IMG/VR virus record: IMGVR_UViG_3300034105_003474
Coordinates: 64,001 to 128,000 of that record
Origin: a virus
Direction: 5' to 3' (one strand)
Length of the DNA: 64,000 bases
Position 1 is the first letter of the stretch. Every line of letters starts with the position of its first letter. Under the pieces are notes generated by a model, which worked only from the letters and a program-made list of their open reading frames with translations, was not told the origin of the DNA and made no database searches. A program made the translations under genes and the position numbers. This document shows positions 57,360-64,000 of the stretch, in pieces.

Positions 57360-58667
57360 ATGGCACAAAAATTTCTAACTAATGTTGACCTTAACCAGAA
57401 CCAATTAATTAACGCCTCGTTTGAGGTTGTGGGCACAGACCCATCAAGCGGCAACTTTGAAGGTCGCTTAATTTACCAGTCCACGACTGACACAATCAAG
57501 GTTTATGCAAACGGTGCTTGGCGTTCACTACCACACACCATTGTTTCGGGTGGTGGCGCAGGTATTGCTGAAGCCCTTACGGTCTCTGAGTCCAACGGCA
57601 CAGTAACTCTTACTCTTAATGTTGCTGACACGGACAGCGCTGGTTTGTTGCCAGCCACATTTTGGCAGATGCTCAATGATGCGACCGATGCCGCAACTGC
57701 AAGCAAACTTGTCAAGCGAGACGCCTCGGGTAACGCAAAAGTTGCTACCCCAACAGATGCCGCACATATTGCCACCAAGGGATATGTTGACTCAGCACGA
57801 CAAGGTCTTGATGTCAAAGCATCAGTAAGGGTTGCTACTACCGCCCCAATCAACCTTGCCACAGATCTTGAGGCTGGCGATGTAATTGACGGTGTAACAC
57901 TTGTTGCTGGTGATCGCGTTCTTGTCAAGAATCAGAGCACTGCTTCTGAAAACGGTATTTATGTTGCTGTTGCTTCTGGTGCAGCCTCCCGTTCTTCGGA
58001 CGCAAACGGAACAGCCGACACAGGTGAACTAACGAGTGGAACATTCACATTCGTTGAAGCAGGAACTGTCAACTTTGATTCTGGTTTTGTTATTTCTACA
58101 GACGGAACAATCACTGTTGGTACAACAGGAATTACTTGGACACAGTTTTCGGGTGCTGGTTCTTTTGAAGCAGGAGATGGACTTTCAAAGAGCGGTACGC
58201 AAGTCAATGTTAATGTCACTGCGAACCGTACTGCAATCACGGCTGACGCGATTGACATTTCAGCCAACTATGTTGGTCAGTCCTCAATCACAACACTTGG
58301 TACGATCACAACAGGTATTTGGAACGGTACAGATGTTGCTGTTGCAGACGGTGGTACTGGTGCAAGCGATGCGGCAAGTGCCAGAACGAACCTTGGTATC
58401 AAAACAACGGCTGGTGCAGTCACAACAACCACCTCAAAACTTGCCCGCGTAGCAAGTCAAGGATGCACGGCTAACGCCTCTGGAACCTCTACGACAACAG
58501 TAACCCACAACTTTGACACGCTTGATGTGAGCGTACAGATTGTTGAAGTCGCTGGCGGAGCAACAGTGTTTGGTGATGTCGTCCGCAACAATGCTGACAC
58601 AGTTACAGTAACGCTTCTTGGCGCAAGTATTCAAGCAAACGATTACAGAATCATAGTAACTGGTTAA
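57360..58667 (+). CDS. Tail fibre protein
   Basis: ATKGYVD, DVKASVRVATT, GDRVLVKNQ...ENGIY, GGTGA..A..ARTNLG. Confidence 0.7.
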   Translation: MAQKFLTNVDLNQNQLINASFEVVGTDPSSGNFEGRLIYQSTTDTIKVYANGAWRSLPHTIVSGGGAGIAEALTVSESNGTVTLTLNVADTDSAGLLPATFWQMLNDATDAATASKLVKRDASGNAKVATPTDAAHIATKGYVDSARQGLDVKASVRVATTAPINLATDLEAGDVIDGVTLVAGDRVLVKNQSTASENGIYVAVASGAASRSSDANGTADTGELTSGTFTFVEAGTVNFDSGFVISTDGTITVGTTGITWTQFSGAGSFEAGDGLSKSGTQVNVNVTANRTAITADAIDISANYVGQSSITTLGTITTGIWNGTDVAVADGGTGASDAASARTNLGIKTTAGAVTTTTSKLARVASQGCTANASGTSTTTVTHNFDTLDVSVQIVEVAGGATVFGDVVRNNADTVTVTLLGASIQANDYRIIVTG

Positions 58668-58726
58668 TACACATAGTTAGCCTTGAGGGGTTGACGAACT
58701 ACACAAAATAGCGATTGAGGTCGCAA

Positions 58727-59278
58727 GTGGCACAAAAATTTGTAACTCCTATTACCATCAAACAGTTGGCGTCTGCTGGCTCAGATGCGCTCACCGTATT
58801 TCTTGACGGCGAAACCTACGGTCGTGTAAAACTTGAAGCAGGCGGTCGCCTTTCTTGGAGTAATGGTGCCGGATCTTACGACACAAATCTTTATCGTGAT
58901 TCCGCAAATGTTCTTGCTACCGACGATGTCCTGAAGGCAATTTCTGGTGTGGTCACACTTGCCGTTAATGGTGTCCCCACTGCAGCCCTTCCTGATGGCG
59001 CTATTGCTGTTGACACTTTAAACAATGCTTTCTATTTCCGTTCCAACTCAACATGGACACAGGTCAGTGGCGGTGGTGCTTCGTTAACCGTTGCTGAAAC
59101 TGCGCCAGCGTCACCCGATCTTGGTGACTTGTGGTTTGAGTCTGACTCTGGTAGAACTTTTGTTTACTATGATTCGCAGTGGGTTGAAATTGGTGGAGGC
59201 GGAGGCGGTGGTGGTGGTAGCACAACCGACGAAGGATCTATCGCTATGGTCGCATCTTGGATGGTTGGGAGTAACTAA
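58727..59278 (+). CDS. Tail fibre-associated protein
   Basis: GTG start after GAGG; AP.SP..GDLWF......FVYYD..WVE. Confidence 0.6.
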   Translation: MAQKFVTPITIKQLASAGSDALTVFLDGETYGRVKLEAGGRLSWSNGAGSYDTNLYRDSANVLATDDVLKAISGVVTLAVNGVPTAALPDGAIAVDTLNNAFYFRSNSTWTQVSGGGASLTVAETAPASPDLGDLWFESDSGRTFVYYDSQWVEIGGGGGGGGGSTTDEGSIAMVASWMVGSN

Positions 59279-59601
59279 TGGGTGTTGAATATTTTAATAA
59301 CAAAACCCCGGCTGCGGGTGTCGCGTTCAACCTGATCGCGGTATCTGCCTCTTATGACTATCTGACTTCAGTTGTTTGCACAAACAAAGGAATGGGCGAC
59401 GCAAAAGTGACCATATACGCCATGACCTCTGGTGGGGCTGAAGCGGACACGATGTACTTTGCTAAAGAACAAGTAGTTCCGGGTAACTCTACATTTGAAA
59501 CAAAAAAACTAACGATTACTGGCACCAAAGCACTGTGGGCACTTTCAGACAACGGAAACGTGTCCTTTGCTTCGGTAGGGCTAAGAACGAGTAGGGTATA
59601 A
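59278..59601 (+). CDS. Virion-associated hypothetical protein
   Basis: Coupled 107-aa beta-rich ORF. Confidence 0.6.
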   Translation: MGVEYFNNKTPAAGVAFNLIAVSASYDYLTSVVCTNKGMGDAKVTIYAMTSGGAEADTMYFAKEQVVPGNSTFETKKLTITGTKALWALSDNGNVSFASVGLRTSRV

Positions 59602-59876
59602 TGGCATCCATGGGATCATCTGATGTTATAATTTTTCAACCTGAAACGGTGTCTGATTTGTATGGGCGCGTTTTCTATGGCTTAAAATATGACCCATCAA
59701 CTGGTTTGGCGGAGATTGAACAAATAGAATCCGGCGAAGTTATCTCTATCCCCACACTGTCGCCCGGTATCACTTATGAAACTAGCGATTATGCGACGTG
59801 GCTTTCATCTACCAAGTATTTGGACTTTACTTGGGAGTCCACTTTATCATCTAATCTTATTATGGAGGTTGCGTAA
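59601..59876 (+). CDS. Virion-associated hypothetical protein
   Basis: Coupled 91-aa ORF. Confidence 0.6.
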   Translation: MASMGSSDVIIFQPETVSDLYGRVFYGLKYDPSTGLAEIEQIESGEVISIPTLSPGITYETSDYATWLSSTKYLDFTWESTLSSNLIMEVA

Positions 59877-62800
59877 TGCCACAATTAATTGACTTAGGTC
59901 GTATTCGTTTTTCATTCTTGGGCGACTACAGTTCAGGAACTACCTACAAAGTCAACGACGTTGTGCGTTATGGCGCAAATTTGTATGTTTACATTAATGC
60001 AAGTGGCACAGCGGGCAATGTTCCGACCAATGCAACATACTGGTCATCTATTCTCAGCGGTTTTGAACACAAGGGAGTTTACAGCAGCGGAACTACCTAC
60101 AAAATAGCGGAAACAGTTACATACAGTGGTTCCATCTACCAAGTAATAACTTCCACCACTGTAGGAAATCTCCCGACAAACGCAACCTATTGGAAATTGA
60201 TTCTTGAAGGCGCTTTCCCCACACAAACAGGTCTAGCAAATAGCATCCTTGAGACAAACGGAACAGTCACTAACTGGACGGCAACCCCAAATCTTGAAGG
60301 TTTGACAGTTTTGGCTGATACGGAACTCAAGGGTGATCTCGTTTCCTCATACAGGCAAGTAAGTGTCACAAACATAGGTAAGTCTGGGAATACGGTCACA
60401 GCCACAACGAGTACACCTCACCTGTTTGACGTAGGCGACACTGTTGTGATCGCTGGTATTTCAGGAGACTTTAACACCTCGTCAACCGTGGCGACTGTGC
60501 CAAGTAGTACAACATTTACGTACAGCATGAGCATGTCGGGAACTATCGCTTCTGCCTCTGTTAGTGGCACTGCTACCGTCTACGGAAACATTTCAACATC
60601 GGGAACAATTACATCAACTGGCAATGTCGTCCTCACTGGTGGATCACTATCTGTTGTCGGCGGGAATACCAGCATGACAGGAACCCTCCTCGTTTCTGGT
60701 GCAACAACCATAAGCAACGATGCGGTTGTCAAGCAAGCGCTAGATGTAGAAGGAGCATTTGAAGTTACTGGTCGTACCCGCGACATTACCCATAGGGCTT
60801 TGTCTGGAACAACAGTTACATTCACAACCAACACACCGCATGCGCTTATTGTTGGGGATGTAGTAACAACATCAGGACTTGTAAACACCGACTACAACTT
60901 TACAAAAACAGTAACAGCCATCCCAACGACCACAACCTTTACAGTTACCGCAACAATTTCTGGTGGAAACGTCGCAACAACCGCCGCATCTGGAACTGTT
61001 GTGGCAAAGAGTTTGGCTACCTTTAGTAGTGCTGACATTACAGAAAACCTAGATGTTGCAGGAAGGGCTATTGTTTCTACTGAGTTCCGCTCAGAAGGAA
61101 TCACCCTTGTAGGTAGTTCTGCCCGTGACCAGTACGACACAAACGGACTAGTCACAAAAACCATTACGACATCGGCACTCACGAGCAACGTTGTTACGAT
61201 AACAACCTCGGCTGCGCACGGTTTCTCACCGTATCAGTTTGTAGAAGTCACCAGCAGTAGAGCCTCTATTAACGGAACTTTTGAGATTGTTGCAGTACCA
61301 ACCTCAACCACTTTCACTTATGCCCTGACTTTGGGCAACCTCGCATCAGCAGCAACAACTGGAACCGTTGAAACGATACCCGGTTTCACAAACCTGATGG
61401 CGTTGTTCACTTCAGACGCAAATGATGACTATTCGCAAGTTGCTGTACAAAACACGGCTGGTGGTGCCAACGTGTCAAGCGACTTCATCGCCTACCCAGA
61501 TAATGGAACTGACTTTTCTGGCTACATTGACATGGGTATTACATCAAGTACTTTTTCCGATCCAGAGTTCACAATTACGGGAGCGAACGACGGCTACATA
61601 TTCATGACAGCCCCAGTGGGCAGCGCTGGAAACGGAAACCTGGTATTAGCGACAGGCGATACAGGGGCAGAAAATAAGATTGTTTTTGCCGCTGGTGGTT
61701 TGAGCACAAACAATACACAAATGGTGATAACACCAGACGAAAACATACATATTGAAATTCCCACGCCGTCAACCTCTTCGTCTACTGGCGCGTTAACGGT
61801 TGTCGGTGGTGTTGGAATTACGGGAGATATGAACATTCAAGGTGATGTTGCCATTCAGGGAACAATCACATTTGGTGGTGGCGGCACAACCGTAGAAACA
61901 TCAAACCTTGCGGTCACTGACCCGATTGTTTTTGTTGGTACCAATAACCAAGCAGACACTGTAGATCTTTCGTTTCTTGGGGAGTACCAGAAATCAGCAA
62001 GCGCAATAGTAAAAACTATTAGCAATAAAGCACTTACATCAAATGTCGCCACGCTCACAACCTCAACAACTCACGGATATGAGGCTGGTGCGGTTGTGGT
62101 CGTCACTGATGTGGACGCAACATTTAATGGTACCTTCAATATTATTGCGGTTCCGACTACGACAACGTTTACTTATGCAAAAACTGCTACAAACGTTGCT
62201 TCTGTGGCGGCTTCTGGTACGGCTACCGTTTCTTCTACTAGGAAGTACTCGGGTTTAAGCAGAGATGCTTCTGATGGCGTATTCAAGTTATTCCATGATG
62301 CCCCAACAAAGCCGACTACGACCGTTGACTTTGCAGGGTCTGGCTTAACATATAGTCCGCTACTCGCAGGCAACATACAGGCAGTCGGAAACATCGTAGC
62401 CAGTGGAACGAGCACCCTTAACGGACTTGTAACCGCGGACAGTTTGACAGTTACAGGAGCAACACAGTTAAACGGAACACTTACTACAAGTCAGAACGTA
62501 AGTATTTCAGGACGCCTTGATGTGCAAGAAATTAGAGAAGACGTACTTGATGGGACAATCACATCTAACGTACTTACCTGTGATTATTCCACAGGAAACA
62601 TTTTCTATATTGCCACTGCACCATCTGCAAACTTTACGGTAAACGTAACGAATGCTCCCACCGATAACGGTAAGTCAATTTCGGTAACTGTAGTTGTTAC
62701 GGAAGGTGCTACTGGGTACATCCCATCCGCATTGCAGGTAGCGGGTGTTGCTCAAACACTCAAATGGGCGAACGGAACTGCTCCAGTCGCAACAAATGGC

Positions 62801-62887
62801 GCTGGCAAGTTTGACATCTTCAACTTCACATTGATTAGAAGGTCTAGTGCTTGGTTGGTGCTTGGTTCTGCTGTTCAAAACTTCTAA
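59876..62887 (+). CDS. Long tail fibre/adhesin with two YSSGTTYK...PTNATYW repeats and four Thr-rich beta domains
   Basis: IDLGRIRF start; repeats visible in the translation. Confidence 0.75.
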   Translation: MPQLIDLGRIRFSFLGDYSSGTTYKVNDVVRYGANLYVYINASGTAGNVPTNATYWSSILSGFEHKGVYSSGTTYKIAETVTYSGSIYQVITSTTVGNLPTNATYWKLILEGAFPTQTGLANSILETNGTVTNWTATPNLEGLTVLADTELKGDLVSSYRQVSVTNIGKSGNTVTATTSTPHLFDVGDTVVIAGISGDFNTSSTVATVPSSTTFTYSMSMSGTIASASVSGTATVYGNISTSGTITSTGNVVLTGGSLSVVGGNTSMTGTLLVSGATTISNDAVVKQALDVEGAFEVTGRTRDITHRALSGTTVTFTTNTPHALIVGDVVTTSGLVNTDYNFTKTVTAIPTTTTFTVTATISGGNVATTAASGTVVAKSLATFSSADITENLDVAGRAIVSTEFRSEGITLVGSSARDQYDTNGLVTKTITTSALTSNVVTITTSAAHGFSPYQFVEVTSSRASINGTFEIVAVPTSTTFTYALTLGNLASAATTGTVETIPGFTNLMALFTSDANDDYSQVAVQNTAGGANVSSDFIAYPDNGTDFSGYIDMGITSSTFSDPEFTITGANDGYIFMTAPVGSAGNGNLVLATGDTGAENKIVFAAGGLSTNNTQMVITPDENIHIEIPTPSTSSSTGALTVVGGVGITGDMNIQGDVAIQGTITFGGGGTTVETSNLAVTDPIVFVGTNNQADTVDLSFLGEYQKSASAIVKTISNKALTSNVATLTTSTTHGYEAGAVVVVTDVDATFNGTFNIIAVPTTTTFTYAKTATNVASVAASGTATVSSTRKYSGLSRDASDGVFKLFHDAPTKPTTTVDFAGSGLTYSPLLAGNIQAVGNIVASGTSTLNGLVTADSLTVTGATQLNGTLTTSQNVSISGRLDVQEIREDVLDGTITSNVLTCDYSTGNIFYIATAPSANFTVNVTNAPTDNGKSISVTVVVTEGATGYIPSALQVAGVAQTLKWANGTAPVATNGAGKFDIFNFTLIRRSSAWLVLGSAVQNF

Positions 62888-62896
62888 GGAGAACTA

Positions 62897-63847
62897 ATGC
62901 CATTTTTTAGTTCAAGACCAACTGCTATTTTTAATGTTAGGGGTTCTGGTCTCAAACCTTGGCTTTACCGTCAGATTTTAACGAAGGGCTACACGGGGTG
63001 CGGCTATAAAGATAGTGTTCCTTGGAGAAATGTTAACTCTCTTAACATGGCTACAGATACGTGCACTAATCTCGGAGACCTTTTTACCGAGACCGCAAAC
63101 TATTGTGCTGGCGGACAAAGCAGAAATGTGGCATTTATGTTCGGCACTGGCGGTGTTGGAGCATTTACTTCTACCAGCGTTTTTAATATGCGTAACGACA
63201 CAACCCATGTGAAAACTTCCGCAATGAATACTGCCTACACTTGCAACGACTCTGGAACAATACAATCACACGACCTAAATGGTTCTGGGCAAACGTGCTA
63301 CATCAATGGAAATATTGGCGGTGCTTTCTACCAAAAATTTAACCTGCAAACAGAACAATACATATCTGCCGTTGCAACAACTTTTGACCAAGGTGGTACT
63401 GGTGCTTCTGGTCATTACGGCGAAAGACACGGATACCTGTGGAACGACTCACAGACAAGAAAGTTTGTTTTCAGTACAGAAACAGAAACAGTTGCCGGTG
63501 CAGCAGGCTTCCACGGTCAGCAAAAAGGTTTTAACTCCAAAGTTGAGACTGGATACGCTGGCAATGAGGGAAGTTACAACGGGGGATACAACTTCCGTAA
63601 GTGGAACTATGCGACAGAATCAAATGTTGGAACAATGGCAAAACCAATTGGAAATTGCGGAGAAGAGAATTTTAGTAACGGGCAAGCCGCTAGTTGGATG
63701 CTAGGGATGTATGACACAGGACAGAACAACAGGGCTTGGAAATTTACTTTTGCTACCGATACCGGCTTTGAAGGTGGCGCATCTATGCAACCCACTGGCG
63801 CTGGTATTGCGGGTAGGTCATCTGGGTTTGGTTATGCACGCGACTAG
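62897..63847 (+). CDS. Kelch-like repeat (beta-propeller) protein, candidate receptor-binding protein
   Basis: Repeats of GY..G ... KF.F.TET. Confidence 0.55.
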   Translation: MPFFSSRPTAIFNVRGSGLKPWLYRQILTKGYTGCGYKDSVPWRNVNSLNMATDTCTNLGDLFTETANYCAGGQSRNVAFMFGTGGVGAFTSTSVFNMRNDTTHVKTSAMNTAYTCNDSGTIQSHDLNGSGQTCYINGNIGGAFYQKFNLQTEQYISAVATTFDQGGTGASGHYGERHGYLWNDSQTRKFVFSTETETVAGAAGFHGQQKGFNSKVETGYAGNEGSYNGGYNFRKWNYATESNVGTMAKPIGNCGEENFSNGQAASWMLGMYDTGQNNRAWKFTFATDTGFEGGASMQPTGAGIAGRSSGFGYARD

Positions 63848-63856
63848 GGGAAACTG

Positions 63857-64000
63857 ATGCCGTTTTTTAGTTCAAGACCAACAGCAATTTTCAATGTCAG
63901 AGGTTCTGGTTTGAAGCCTTGGCTTTACCGTCAAATAGTAACAAAGGGCTACACGGGGTGCGGGTATAAAGATAATGTTCCTTGGAGGAACGTTAACTCA
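63857..64000 (+). CDS. Tandem paralog of 62897-63847 (3' truncated)
   Basis: MPFFSSRPTAIFNVRGSGLKPWLYRQIVTKGYTGCGYKDNVPWRNVNS, 46 of 48 residues identical. Confidence 0.85.
   Translation, partial: MPFFSSRPTAIFNVRGSGLKPWLYRQIVTKGYTGCGYKDNVPWRNVNS

Noticed and set aside
62897-64000. Diversity-generating retroelement TR/VR pair
   Set aside because: Differences are mostly synonymous third-position changes, not adenine-specific. Both copies are gene starts and no reverse transcriptase is in the window.
1-64000. Stop-codon reassignment, tRNA genes, CRISPR arrays
   Set aside because: Standard-code ORFs tile the window using all three stops; no cloverleaf or regular repeat array was recognised in the short intergenic gaps by eye.

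Overview
A 64-kb internal segment of a large tailed phage genome (HK97-fold capsid, contractile tail). Standard-code ORFs tile it densely. Several apparently leaderless genes and actinophage-like proteins suggest an actinobacterial host (inference). Layout: (1) 1-10 kb: accessory and metabolic genes, including a helicase C-terminus, a TerS-like HTH protein, a Lys-rich histone-like protein, a DNA methyltransferase, class II ribonucleotide reductase, a CX5R phosphatase and a Zn-dependent deacetylase. (2) 10-35 kb, minus strand: an unusually inflated head module running portal-MuF fusion, 700-aa prohead protease, about 17 kb of extra genes, then major capsid protein. (3) 35-41 kb: TerL, recombination genes and an IbrAB-like pair. 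(4) 41-64 kb: neck, sheath, tube, tape measure, baseplate and fibre genes. The main finding is the block between protease and capsid genes. It is an array of large proteins sharing conserved N-terminal or central modules (a Cys-containing RCPxG..TD..C motif, or a LGxPIGG..DGDxDG motif) with swapped C-terminal enzyme domains: three HipA/PI3K-like kinases, one GNAT-like acetyltransferase and one ADP-ribosyltransferase-like domain. Four are directly followed by a small ORF, and two of these small ORFs are homologous. This looks like a capsid-packaged polymorphic effector/immunity system, possibly paired with the phosphatase and deacetylase encoded elsewhere in the window. All family calls come from motif reading by eye; no searches were run.
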